From NCBI GenBank assembly GCA_023379125.1, contig JAMCSY010000004.1:58479-122478 (forward strand): a stretch of DNA of 64,000 nucleotides, read 5' to 3'. The notes beneath the pieces were generated by a model that was given only the letters and a program-made list of their open reading frames with translations, did no database searches and had not been told where the DNA came from. Each line of letters begins with the position of its first letter. Positions within the stretch are counted from its first letter, which is position 1. The stretch comes from Patescibacteria group bacterium. GTDB lineage: Bacteria > Patescibacteriota > Microgenomatia > Daviesbacterales > UBA10151. Position numbers and translations under genes: made by a program. This document shows, one piece after another, positions 1-8,794 of the stretch.

Positions 1-9
1 AAGAACAAT

Positions 10-36
10 CCCTCGGCCGGAGGATTTTTCTTTTTG
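10..36 (+). terminator. Weak hairpin plus T-tract, possible rho-independent terminator for a gene upstream of the window
   Basis: ccctcggccggagg is followed by atttttctttttg; the stem is imperfect. Confidence 0.3.
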
Positions 37-69
37 TTGCGGGGACTATCTGACATTAGAAACTTTTAT

Positions 70-885
70 TTAGCTTCCTAACGGTCCTTTGCTCTTATTC
101 CAACACTTCCATTGCTGAGAAACCTTCTGTAAATAGAGCTCATAATTGAATATTTTATTCTTTTGTATATCACAACCATTTTCGCAATCTCGCAAAGAGA
201 CTCCATAAGAGTATATATCGCCATTTTGACCCGTCGAGTTTTGAATAAACCATTTTAAGCCATATTTTGCTACTAGACCTCTATCCAAACCGCAATCTAT
301 ACCTAAATTATTGATCTGATCCCAATTTTCTTTCACATATGCTTTCATATAGCTTTCAAACAAATTAAAAGCTTGTGCCATATTTTTTTGATCTTCTTCA
401 TTTTCTAATGGTACAAACATATCTCCAATATCTACTGTTTGTCCTGGTTGACCTCCTACATATTGCGCTAAAGCTGTATTCTCGATTTTACCTGAAATGC
501 TTGTTGTAAACCCTACATAGACTCCACAGTGATCTCCTTCTTTAACCTCAGCTCTACAAAGAAAACTCCCACTAGCGGAACTTTCACAGGTTGTGTTTAA
601 CCCTGTCTCGCAACTAAAAGTGACCTTGGGATTAGAAATTATATTCTTTGTCTGAACATCCTTGGCGTAACCTTTAATAATCATCTCTTTGGACAGAGTC
701 TTACCCAATCGTTGATCTATTAGCTGAGAAGGTGTGGGGTAGGTTGGAGAAGAGTTTCTCGTTAGTGGTGGAGTTGGTAGAGTATTTGTTCTAGTAAAAT
801 AATAAACCCCTCCTGCCACCCCAAGTAATAATAAAATCCCAACAACCATAATGAGAGAAGTAAATCCTTGTTGAGATGTTCTCAT
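70..885 (-). CDS. Hypothetical secreted or membrane-anchored Cys-rich protein
   Basis: 271-aa ORF with an N-terminal hydrophobic helix (IMVVGILLLLGVAGGVYYF), a Pro/Thr linker and several Cys; no recognisable catalytic motif. Confidence 0.45.
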   Translation of the reverse strand: MRTSQQGFTSLIMVVGILLLLGVAGGVYYFTRTNTLPTPPLTRNSSPTYPTPSQLIDQRLGKTLSKEMIIKGYAKDVQTKNIISNPKVTFSCETGLNTTCESSASGSFLCRAEVKEGDHCGVYVGFTTSISGKIENTALAQYVGGQPGQTVDIGDMFVPLENEEDQKNMAQAFNLFESYMKAYVKENWDQINNLGIDCGLDRGLVAKYGLKWFIQNSTGQNGDIYSYGVSLRDCENGCDIQKNKIFNYELYLQKVSQQWKCWNKSKGPLGS

Positions 886-967
886 AAGTATATCTTATCG
901 CAAAAAGGGTTTCTCATTCCAGCCCTCGTTTTGATATAGTTGAGGCAATTTTTAAAGCTAAAATATT

Positions 968-1042
968 TGGTTGCGGGGGTTGGATTCGAACCAACGACCT
1001 CGAGATTATGAGCCTCGCGAGCTACCACTGCTCTACCCCGCG
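968..1042 (-). tRNA. Initiator tRNA-fMet (anticodon CAU)
   Basis: Reverse complement reads CGCGGGG-TA-GAGC-AGTGGTA-GCTC-G-CGAGG-CTCATAA-TCTCG-AGGTC-GTTGG-TTCGAAT-CCAAC-CCCCGCA-A-CCA. The C1:A72 mismatch and the CGCGGGG...CCCCGCAACCA ends are hallmarks of the bacterial initiator tRNA; CCA is encoded. Confidence 0.8.
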
Positions 1043-1090
1043 CTGTTACACCAAGCATTATAAGCTGACAAAGCTCTAATGTCCAACCTC

Positions 1091-1447
1091 TTAGTGGAAA
1101 AAGAGCTTGAACCAGCCTTGATAGTAAGGCACTGGCGTGGGGGTAGGTGTTGGTTGATTTTGCTTTAAGACTTGGTCTACCTCACTTGGTGGAATGATCA
1201 CTACTGTTTCTCCTGATCTGGCCAAATTAAGCTTGTCTCTAGCCTGCTGTTCAATAAATTGTGGACTATCAAGTTGCGATAGCTGCTCTTTTAGCTCCTC
1301 ATTTTTATCTTGTAATCTAGTTAATTCATCAACTGATTGGTCTAACCTTTGACCAGCCTGGAGTGAATCAAATACTTGCCTGCCGAGGTTGTAGAAGATA
1401 GCCCCAAAGATGAGCAAAAATAGGCATAAAATAACTTTTCTAATCAT
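1091..1447 (-). CDS. FtsB/DivIC-like septum formation initiator
   Basis: 118 aa with an N-terminal TM helix, a coiled coil (LTRLQDKNEELKEQLSQL) and the family-typical IEQQARDKLNLARSGETVV motif. Confidence 0.6.
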   Translation of the reverse strand: MIRKVILCLFLLIFGAIFYNLGRQVFDSLQAGQRLDQSVDELTRLQDKNEELKEQLSQLDSPQFIEQQARDKLNLARSGETVVIIPPSEVDQVLKQNQPTPTPTPVPYYQGWFKLFFH

Positions 1448-1634
1448 ATTCTCTGATCAGTAAATTCAGATTGACATTACCACCCTATATTAGTAAAATA
1501 TAAGCTGCAAAGTAAATTTTGCAACTTGCGAGAACTTCGCAACTATTAAAATCGTTGTTTTAATAGCATTTCGTTCTCTAGAGCCATAGAAACTATCTTT
1601 TACTAATATAATTATTTAATATAACACTAACTTT

Positions 1635-2504
1635 ATGACCAGTTTAACAGAAGCCAGACAACAATTTATTGATTATTTAAAAAGCCGCAGTAGGTCTTCT
1701 GCTACCATTCTTGCTTATGGTAAAGATGTGGAACAACTCGTAGTTTACCTCAAATCATTGGAAATTGACGATCCCCAAGCCGTTACTACTGAACAGTTAC
1801 GTAACTTTATGCAAAAGCTCGCACAAGAATCTTATACTCTCAAGTCCATCTCACGCAAAACCAATTCTACTAAAACTTTTTTTAAATTCTTAAAGACTCA
1901 AAATATTATCGAAATTGACCCAGCTACCTCTTTGGAACATCCTATTTTTGAAAATAAACCACCTAGAATTTTATCTAAATTAGAATACCGCGCTTTAAGG
2001 GACGCAGCCCGTGGTGATATTCGCATGTCAGCAGTGATTGAACTATTATTGCAAACAGGCGTTCGAATCGGCGAGCTGGCTAAATTGATCGTTAGCGATC
2101 TGACTTTAGAAGGAGAAAGTCCTAATATTCACATCCGCCCAGAAGAGGGTTCTGTGGAAAGGAATATCCCCTTAACCAAACCAGTCATTGATGCTTTAAC
2201 CAAATATTTAGAAATCAGACCTAAAACTCCTAATAAGGCTCTTTTTGTCACCAAAACAGGCAGGCCTTTATTGGTCAGAAATATCAGGACAGCTATTGAT
2301 CGCTACTTTAAACTAGCAGGAATCACTGGAGCCAAAGTTAACGATTTAAGACATACCTGGGTTGCTTCACAACTGGGCTCAGGCATTTCTTTAACTCTAG
2401 TTTCCAAACTAGCTGGACACCGAAGAATCTCTACCACAGAAAAGTATTTACAATACGTTCCAGGCAGAACTACTGAAGATAAAGTTAAACTAGAAGAATT
2501 ATAA
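1635..2504 (+). CDS. Tyrosine recombinase, XerC/XerD (phage integrase) family
   Basis: N-terminal SAM-like core-binding domain; C-terminal catalytic residues R...H..R...Y (LRHTWVASQL ... GHRRISTTEKYLQY). Confidence 0.8.
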   Translation: MTSLTEARQQFIDYLKSRSRSSATILAYGKDVEQLVVYLKSLEIDDPQAVTTEQLRNFMQKLAQESYTLKSISRKTNSTKTFFKFLKTQNIIEIDPATSLEHPIFENKPPRILSKLEYRALRDAARGDIRMSAVIELLLQTGVRIGELAKLIVSDLTLEGESPNIHIRPEEGSVERNIPLTKPVIDALTKYLEIRPKTPNKALFVTKTGRPLLVRNIRTAIDRYFKLAGITGAKVNDLRHTWVASQLGSGISLTLVSKLAGHRRISTTEKYLQYVPGRTTEDKVKLEEL

Positions 2505-3089
2505 ATGGCGGAGTTTGAACAGCAGTTACAAGGCACAGCAGTCTTGATCAATGAGCTTGCTCGGGTACATACTGTAGAAACTGCAAAATTCCTTCATCCT
2601 CGCAATTGGAGAGATTATTCTGATCTTAAACTTCCAAATGGCTTTCTCCCTCTGGAATCTGTGTCAAATGATGTAAAAGTAGCGACTGAGCTAACTGAAA
2701 GAATCCGGCGATTCGGATCGGTCCACAACCCATATCTAGATCAATATATACCCTTCATTTGGGAAAGATATGGAATTGAAACTGGAGAACCAAAGACACT
2801 CAAGCAAATAGCTCAAAGTCATAACATAAGCGTTCGAGCTGCGTGGGAGGCCACAGATAGAACAGTCTGGACTATATTCGTTGAAACCAAAGATAAGATT
2901 ATTGTTAGCTTGTTGCCGTTTTTATTACAAGACCAAGTTCAAGCGTTATTAGCTAGATCAATGATAGATACATCTAGAGTTGTCACAGCAACCTTATTAA
3001 CTGCCATAGACAAGGATTATATACGCGAGCTTTATTATCCAGGAGTTATATCTAGTATTAACATTATAAATAAATATCTGCTTGGCTAA
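2505..3089 (+). CDS. Hypothetical protein, translationally coupled to the recombinase gene
   Basis: 194-aa ORF whose ATG immediately follows the recombinase stop (TAAATGGCG); no recognisable domain. Confidence 0.4.
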   Translation: MAEFEQQLQGTAVLINELARVHTVETAKFLHPRNWRDYSDLKLPNGFLPLESVSNDVKVATELTERIRRFGSVHNPYLDQYIPFIWERYGIETGEPKTLKQIAQSHNISVRAAWEATDRTVWTIFVETKDKIIVSLLPFLLQDQVQALLARSMIDTSRVVTATLLTAIDKDYIRELYYPGVISSINIINKYLLG

Positions 3090-3130
3090 TAAATTGACGA
3101 CATTGATCAAAATCTCTACTCACTAACGCG

Positions 3131-3146
3131 CAGTAAGACATTTGTG
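3131..3146. repeat. Direct repeat copy 1 (cagtaagacaYttgtg); its reverse complement resembles the tRNA-Ile anticodon arm
   Basis: 15 of 16 nt identical to the copy at 3332-3347. The reverse complement aaatgtcttactg mimics aaatgtcttatac of the tRNA at 3251-3322. Confidence 0.5.
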
Positions 3147-3184
3147 GGCGGACTAAGTGAAGCTTTCCTTCTGCTTCGCAAAAC

Positions 3185-3233
3185 GTAGGATTTGAACCTA
3201 GAACCAAATGCGTATGACAAGTTGCATTTGTCC
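3185..3233 (-). pseudogene. Partial tRNA copy (anticodon arm and T arm only)
   Basis: Minus-strand ggacaaatgcaacttgtcatacgcatttggttctaggttcaaatcctac matches the 3' half of the neighbouring tRNA-Ile but lacks the D arm and acceptor stem. Confidence 0.55.
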
Positions 3234-3250
3234 TGAAAACTTTTTGATAG

Positions 3251-3322
3251 TGGAGCCGCTAGGATTTGAACCTAGAACCAAATGTGTATAAGACATTTGC
3301 TCTACCATTGAGCTACGGCTCC
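3251..3322 (-). tRNA. tRNA-Ile (anticodon UAU)
   Basis: Reverse complement reads GGAGCCG-TA-GCTC-AATGGTA-GAGC-A-AATGT-CTTATAC-ACATT-TGGTT-CTAGG-TTCAAAT-CCTAG-CGGCTCC-A; positions 34-36 are TAT; CCA is not encoded. Confidence 0.65.
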
Positions 3323-3331
3323 AAAAGTTTT

Positions 3332-3347
3332 CAGTAAGACACTTGTG
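3332..3347. repeat. Direct repeat copy 2 (cagtaagacacttgtg)
   Basis: Matches the copy at 3131-3146; flanks the tRNA-Ile and the tRNA fragment. Confidence 0.5.
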
Positions 3348-3399
3348 CTGACCAGTTGAGTTATCCGCCCAAGATCAGGCTAATTTTAACAAAAAAAGC

Positions 3400-3645
3400 T
3401 TAGAGGTGTAAGTAGTTACCCAACATCGTCAGTAGCGCAGCAATGATGATCGAGGAAGGTAGTGGAATATAGAACTGAGCATATTCTTTGTTAAAATGGA
3501 TATCCCCAGGCAGTCTGGGCAACTTTGGCATAATATTCCACAGCAATGTCATCAGCAAAAAAGTTAAGCTAAAAACATAAAATCCTCTACTCAACTCTTG
3601 CCAAATTTGCGTTAAAATTGTGGTTTGTGGTGAAGTTGAGATCAT
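3400..3645 (-). CDS. Small two-TM membrane protein; its start overlaps the stop of the upstream T4SS ATPase (possible VirB3-like partner, speculative)
   Basis: 81 aa with two hydrophobic helices; 4-bp overlap (ATGA) with the end of the ATPase gene. Confidence 0.4.
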   Translation of the reverse strand: MISTSPQTTILTQIWQELSRGFYVFSLTFLLMTLLWNIMPKLPRLPGDIHFNKEYAQFYIPLPSSIIIAALLTMLGNYLHL

Positions 3646-6044
3646 AATTGGGCCCTCCGGGTAATTTCTGCCTCAACCTCGACCATATCTCGTCCGTAAG
3701 TTAGCCTCGATAACTCCTTAATGGCGTTGGCAATATCTGGTCTTTTCATCGAATTCCAGGTGTTAAAATCAATATCTACCCTCATGGAAAATGGTGGTAC
3801 AGGTTCACCTTTGACCTGGGTTTTAACATAAACATGCCAAGCTTCAATATTGACTAAATCTGATTCTGTAAAAGTTGGAGTAAACTCATGCTGCAAGAAA
3901 TTGGCATCAGTCACTCCCACCCGGTAAGAAATTAAAGTCCCCACGTTACCAAAAATAGCATTTTTGATATCCTCAGGAATCTGCCCAATAAACTGATTGG
4001 CCACAATTAAGTTTAATCTATACTTCCTCGCTTCAGACAAAATTGTGGCAAAGGTATCAGTTGCAAAATTTTGAAACTCATCAACATAAAGATAAAATGG
4101 TTTCCGTTGCTCTTCTGGTAAATTAGCACGAGACATAGCAGCTGCCAAAATTTTGGGAACCAAGATTAAACCTAAAAAATTCGAGTTTTCCTCTCCCATT
4201 CTTCCCTTGGATAAATTAACGATTAAAATCTTCCCTTCATCCATAATTTGCCTTAAATCAAAAGAGGATTTACTCTGACCAATGATATTTCGCAGCATTT
4301 TATTTGTGACAAAACGGCCAAATTTGGAAACGGTATAATCCAAAACTTCTGATTTATGAAAATCCTGCGTGTGGGCAATCTGGTCTGTCCAATATCTTCT
4401 AACTATTGGATCATTAACCAGAGGCAGCAGTTCTTTGACAAACTCAGGATCCTGCATAATCCTCATCACTTCTACAAAAGTATTACCTGGTTTGGCCATT
4501 GCTGTGAGCATGGCATTTCTAACTCCATGCTCAAACCTGGGGCCAATAATTCCAGTTTTGTTGGGATCATAAAGTTTATACATCAGACCTAAAATTTCGG
4601 TGGTAATAAAGTGCTTTTCATCTTCTGAGTGAGCTTCAATCATGTTCATACCAAATGGGCGTTCAGTATCTCCGGGATCAAAATAGATAACATCCTTAGC
4701 TCGTTGTGGTGGAATCAAAGATAATAATTCTTCAGCCGCATCACCGTGAGGATCAATAAAAGCTAGGCCCTTACCAGCTAGAATATCTTGCAACATCAAA
4801 GTTTTGAGCAGAGTAGTCTTACCAGTACCAGTACGACCAATAATATACATATGTCGTTGCCGATCTTCTTCGCTAATATAGACAGGCCTTTCAATACCGC
4901 GAAAAACAGATTTTCCTAGATAAAGCCCACTGGTGGGAATTTTTTCTGAGGCTGGAGCAGCTCGAGCTGGCAAAAAGTCCAGGTAAGGTGTTTGAATTAT
5001 CTTGCTAGGAAAATGAAAAACTGAGGCAATCTCATCCGGAGTAAGAACTGGCGGTTTAGTAGTCAGCGGCATAAAGCGATAAATAAAGTCAGTCATAAAC
5101 CCTTCTTCAGCATTTTTTATTGGTAATTTAAAAAGTTGGGCAAAAGGTAAAATTAATTGCTTGAAAAAACCATCTTTCAAAGAAGCTGAGGAAAAATTAT
5201 TATACGGCCCAGCAAATTGCTCAAAAGCTGCCTTTAAATTGGTCAAATGAGCTTTAGCACTTTCTTTGGAAGTTGAGGAAGTAACAAGCCTGATCACTGT
5301 ATCAAAGCCAGGTTTACCGAGTTTATTTTCCACTGCCTCTAACTGTTTAGCATCAGGAGCAGGCTTAGGGCTATCTGGCTTGCCTGGATCTTTTTCCTTT
5401 TTTAGCCAAGCTTTACCTGCATCTTTCCACTTACCATCAGAGGGAGCAATTATGACTTGTACTGCTGCTCCTTCACCAGGTTGCATTTTAGCCAAAGCTG
5501 AGGTTAACGCCGAGAGTGGATCAGTTGGTAAATCACGGTAAGTCTTGATTGGATAATAGTCAGCTGATTTTAATTTGAGTTGTGCATAAGCTGTTTCGCC
5601 TTTTTCGGTAAAAATATTATATTCAGGTACTTTTTTAATCAAAGCATCAGGATAAGCACCGTGGATTTGTTTTTCGATCAGATCTTCCATTGATTTATGG
5701 ACACTGATATAAAACTTAATTGATTCATGTAGGGCCACAATTTCAAAAGACAAAAAAGCTTGTGGTTTAAGTCCTAAGAATCCAGTGTTTTTCTTAATAG
5801 AGTTCAGTGTCGAAATTAGTTGCTCAGTCGCATCAATCTTGACTTCATTATCTTTGGGGACAGACACTTGCAGTAAAATTGCTTCCAGTGAAGATTTTTC
5901 TCGACCACGCCCTTTCAGCAAAGCAGCAATATACTTCCATAAATACAGTAGCAGCAATACAATCACTGATACAGCCAAAAAGCCTAAAGTGACTGTGGTT
6001 AAAAAACCAGTTAGGTCAAATTGCGGAGCATTAGATACTTCCAT
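3642..6044 (-). CDS. VirB4/TraC-family type IV secretion ATPase (VirB4/VirD4 P-loop superfamily)
   Basis: 800 aa with an N-terminal TM helix, Walker A GRTGTGKTT, IDPHGD, Walker B-like LYVDEFQNF and RK...ANQ motifs typical of the T4SS/FtsK-HerA ATPase fold. Confidence 0.7.
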   Translation of the reverse strand: MEVSNAPQFDLTGFLTTVTLGFLAVSVIVLLLLYLWKYIAALLKGRGREKSSLEAILLQVSVPKDNEVKIDATEQLISTLNSIKKNTGFLGLKPQAFLSFEIVALHESIKFYISVHKSMEDLIEKQIHGAYPDALIKKVPEYNIFTEKGETAYAQLKLKSADYYPIKTYRDLPTDPLSALTSALAKMQPGEGAAVQVIIAPSDGKWKDAGKAWLKKEKDPGKPDSPKPAPDAKQLEAVENKLGKPGFDTVIRLVTSSTSKESAKAHLTNLKAAFEQFAGPYNNFSSASLKDGFFKQLILPFAQLFKLPIKNAEEGFMTDFIYRFMPLTTKPPVLTPDEIASVFHFPSKIIQTPYLDFLPARAAPASEKIPTSGLYLGKSVFRGIERPVYISEEDRQRHMYIIGRTGTGKTTLLKTLMLQDILAGKGLAFIDPHGDAAEELLSLIPPQRAKDVIYFDPGDTERPFGMNMIEAHSEDEKHFITTEILGLMYKLYDPNKTGIIGPRFEHGVRNAMLTAMAKPGNTFVEVMRIMQDPEFVKELLPLVNDPIVRRYWTDQIAHTQDFHKSEVLDYTVSKFGRFVTNKMLRNIIGQSKSSFDLRQIMDEGKILIVNLSKGRMGEENSNFLGLILVPKILAAAMSRANLPEEQRKPFYLYVDEFQNFATDTFATILSEARKYRLNLIVANQFIGQIPEDIKNAIFGNVGTLISYRVGVTDANFLQHEFTPTFTESDLVNIEAWHVYVKTQVKGEPVPPFSMRVDIDFNTWNSMKRPDIANAIKELSRLTYGRDMVEVEAEITRRAQL

Positions 6045-6050
6045 AATTAA

Positions 6051-6398
6051 TTATTTGTTAAGCTTGGCTCCTTTCATTTGGGCATATTTTGTTTTAAGTA
6101 AATCTAACCAACTCCTACTTTCAGAAATCCCCACATCTTTATCATTTGCTAAATCAGCAGTCACTTCGGCAAAATCGCCACCATCATCAGGATGATTATT
6201 GACCCAAGGCAAAGAAACGTCTACTGTTTTAGGGTCAACAGGCGTGCTTGCTGTCCCAGGTTGCAAGTTAGCAGCTGGTACCTGTTCTCCTACCAAACTA
6301 CTTACTGGCTCTTCCAGCGCTTTATGCAAAGTAGCCAGTTCGGCATTAGTCTCCGTTACTGACATAATTGGGACAGTTTCTTTTTGGGCAGCATCCAT
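6051..6398 (-). CDS. Hypothetical acidic protein immediately upstream of the T4SS ATPase
   Basis: 115-aa ORF; its stop lies 7 bp from the ATPase start. Confidence 0.4.
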   Translation of the reverse strand: MDAAQKETVPIMSVTETNAELATLHKALEEPVSSLVGEQVPAANLQPGTASTPVDPKTVDVSLPWVNNHPDDGGDFAEVTADLANDKDVGISESRSWLDLLKTKYAQMKGAKLNK

Positions 6399-6433
6399 AC
6401 TCTATAATTATATACCTAAAAGAAGATTGATTT

Positions 6434-7369
6434 TTAATGAGGTAGGTGATGGGCTAGATAATCCTCAACATCCAAAGTTGCCTGACAACCAGCTCCTGCA
6501 GCAGTTACTGCCTGACGATATTTAAAATCCGCCACATCTCCAGCCACAAAAACTCCTTCAATAGAAGTTTTTGTCATATCGTGCACTACTATGTAACCTT
6601 GTTCCCCTATCTCCAGTTGGCCTTTTAAAAAATCAGTGCTTGGTTTGTGACCAATGGCAACAAAAACTCCATTAATACTCAACTGAGAAATTTGATTAGT
6701 TTGGTTGTTTTTAATTTTGACACCACTGACACGATCTTCACCCAATACCTCAATTACTTCACTGTTAGTTAAAAATTTAACATTTGGTTTGGATTTAATA
6801 ATATCTTGAATGGCTAGCTGTGCTCGAAAAGTATCACGACGATGGACAATTGTCACACTCTTACAAATTTTAGACAAATACTGTGTTTCACGAAAAGCTG
6901 CATCTCCACCACCAACTACTATGACATCCTTATCCTTGAAAAATGGCCCATCACAAACAGCACAAGCAGAGACACCTTTACCAATTAATCTCTGCTCTGA
7001 AGGTAACCCTAACCATTTGGCATTAGCCCCAGTTGCCACAACCACACTTAAAGCGTGCAGGGTTTTAGTCTCAGTTTTGATTTCAAAAGGCTGCTGTTGA
7101 AAATTGACCGCAACGGCTGATTCATCAATAAAACGTGTCCCCAATTTTTCAGCTTGGGCCCGAAATTTCATCATCAGATCTGGTCCTTGCACACCATCAG
7201 GAAAACCGGGGTAGTCTTCAACATCAGAAGTGATCATCAACTGCCCACCTGGAGAATCACCAGAAATAACCATTGGTTGTAAGTTTCCCCGAGCAGCATA
7301 AATAGCAGCTGACAATCCAGCTGGGCCCGAGCCAATAATAACTAGTTTCTCAACTTGGTTGTCCATCAC
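6434..7369 (-). CDS. trxB: Thioredoxin reductase
   Basis: FAD-binding GSGPAGLSAAIYAAR, redox-active CAVCDG and the NADPH-binding GGGDAA motif. Confidence 0.9.
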   Translation of the reverse strand: MMDNQVEKLVIIGSGPAGLSAAIYAARGNLQPMVISGDSPGGQLMITSDVEDYPGFPDGVQGPDLMMKFRAQAEKLGTRFIDESAVAVNFQQQPFEIKTETKTLHALSVVVATGANAKWLGLPSEQRLIGKGVSACAVCDGPFFKDKDVIVVGGGDAAFRETQYLSKICKSVTIVHRRDTFRAQLAIQDIIKSKPNVKFLTNSEVIEVLGEDRVSGVKIKNNQTNQISQLSINGVFVAIGHKPSTDFLKGQLEIGEQGYIVVHDMTKTSIEGVFVAGDVADFKYRQAVTAAGAGCQATLDVEDYLAHHLPH

Positions 7370-7383
7370 ATCATTATACTATG

Positions 7384-7674
7384 CTATTTAGTTGTTTTAT
7401 CAGCAGCCGCAGAAGCGGTTTTATTCGGGGTAGGAGTTGCCGAAGGCGTAGCTGTAATTGTCACAGAAACCATTGGAGTTGGTTCACTAGTCTCTTGATA
7501 AGGAGTTGGTGTGATGCTAATTGCATTTTGTGGAGTTTGGAATTTTCCCTTCAGCCAAATCAAATAGCCTATCATCAAGATAATTAGTAAAATCACTACC
7601 AAAATAGTCAAGCTTTTATGCATATTGGTCAAGCAGGTTGGGGCAATTGTATTTATTTGAATCTGAAAAATCAA
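7384..7674 (-). CDS. Small membrane protein with a Thr/Pro-rich extracellular tail
   Basis: 96 aa with one TM helix and a TPTPYQETSEPTP low-complexity region. Confidence 0.4.
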   Translation of the reverse strand: MIFQIQINTIAPTCLTNMHKSLTILVVILLIILMIGYLIWLKGKFQTPQNAISITPTPYQETSEPTPMVSVTITATPSATPTPNKTASAAADKTTK

Positions 7675-7733
7675 GACTCCTTGATTTTCCTAGTGTTGCA
7701 AAATAATTTAAGCTAGGCTACCATTGACAAAGC

Positions 7734-8243
7734 ATGCTGAAAGCTAAGCTATCTGGTTTATTTACCCTACTTCTCTTAGTGCTTATCAGTCCACAGCCAA
7801 CCCTGGCTGTCTGTCCAGTTTGTACCGTTGCCGTCGGTGCTGGTTTGGGTTTATCTCGCTATCTAGGTATCGATGATTCTATCTCAGGTATCTGGGTTGG
7901 TGGCTTAGTACTTTCTATGTCTTTTTGGCTGATTAGTTGGCTTAAAGCAAGACGCTGGCAATTTAGATTTATGAGTCTGCTGATTATCATCTTGATGTAC
8001 GTTGTAACTTTGGCCCCACTTTGGATCAGTGGTATTATTGGGCACCCTTATAACAGGCTACTAGGTATTGATAAGCTGATTTTTGGAGCTGCTGTGGGCA
8101 CGCTGGCTTTTGCCATTGGTATGGTTGCTGATAAACAAATTAGAGAAATTATGGGACATCAACTATTTTATTATCAAAAAGTAGTTTTGCCCGTAGCCTT
8201 ACTCACAATCATGAGTGTAATACTATTTTTTGTTCCCAAATAA
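7734..8243 (+). CDS. Integral membrane protein, hypothetical
   Basis: 169 aa with a signal-like N-terminus and four or more hydrophobic helices. Confidence 0.45.
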   Translation: MLKAKLSGLFTLLLLVLISPQPTLAVCPVCTVAVGAGLGLSRYLGIDDSISGIWVGGLVLSMSFWLISWLKARRWQFRFMSLLIIILMYVVTLAPLWISGIIGHPYNRLLGIDKLIFGAAVGTLAFAIGMVADKQIREIMGHQLFYYQKVVLPVALLTIMSVILFFVPK

Positions 8244-8251
8244 GATCTAAA

Positions 8252-8794
8252 ATGGCCAAACAAAATCAAGATATCAACATATTACTTAGCAAAGTTCAGG
8301 CTGTTACTAAACAAAAAGAACTGGATTTATCTTCAGACGAAGACTTGTCTGTAGCTATTATGAATTTAATTTCTATTGAAGAACACCTTTTTTTCACTTC
8401 TCAAAAAACTGGTAAAAGTGAGTACATTAATTTGCTAGATGAGGTCAGAGAAATGCGCAAAAGTTTACTGAAGGAGATTATTAAAGATTATGAGGGTGAA
8501 GTTTGGTGTATTTCCAAACATTTACTAGCTGCCTCCATGAGACTGATGGAAGTTGGGACTAAAGAACTGACTAAGAAAAATAAAACAAAAGCTGAAGAAT
8601 TTTTTGCCAAAGCCTATCAGCTTTATTCTCTATTCTGGGGCATTAATTTAAAAATTGTTAAATTAACTGATAATCAAAGCAGTAATGAGCAGATTAATTT
8701 AATTAATGATCATAATAATAAAACTACTAAACTTTCAGTTTTGGACAAATTAGGAGCTGTTGTTCAAAAAGCAATTGATTGTTGTAAAGAATAG
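8252..8794 (+). CDS. Hypothetical protein
   Basis: 180-aa ORF placed 9 bp after the upstream gene. Confidence 0.4.
   Translation: MAKQNQDINILLSKVQAVTKQKELDLSSDEDLSVAIMNLISIEEHLFFTSQKTGKSEYINLLDEVREMRKSLLKEIIKDYEGEVWCISKHLLAASMRLMEVGTKELTKKNKTKAEEFFAKAYQLYSLFWGINLKIVKLTDNQSSNEQINLINDHNNKTTKLSVLDKLGAVVQKAIDCCKE

Noticed and set aside
2303-2551. 82-aa minus-strand ORF overlapping the end of the Xer recombinase
   Set aside because: It is antisense to the recombinase catalytic domain.
3642-6044. Calling the 800-aa ATPase FtsK/SpoIIIE
   Set aside because: It lacks the multi-TM N-terminal domain and gamma domain of FtsK. Its motif spacing and single TM helix fit T4SS ATPases better, though VirB4 versus VirD4 remains open.
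4356-6195. Plus-strand ORFs of 67-136 aa inside the VirB4-like gene
   Set aside because: They lie entirely antisense to an 800-aa gene with clear motifs. Their low-complexity Ser/Leu-rich translations are typical antisense artefacts.
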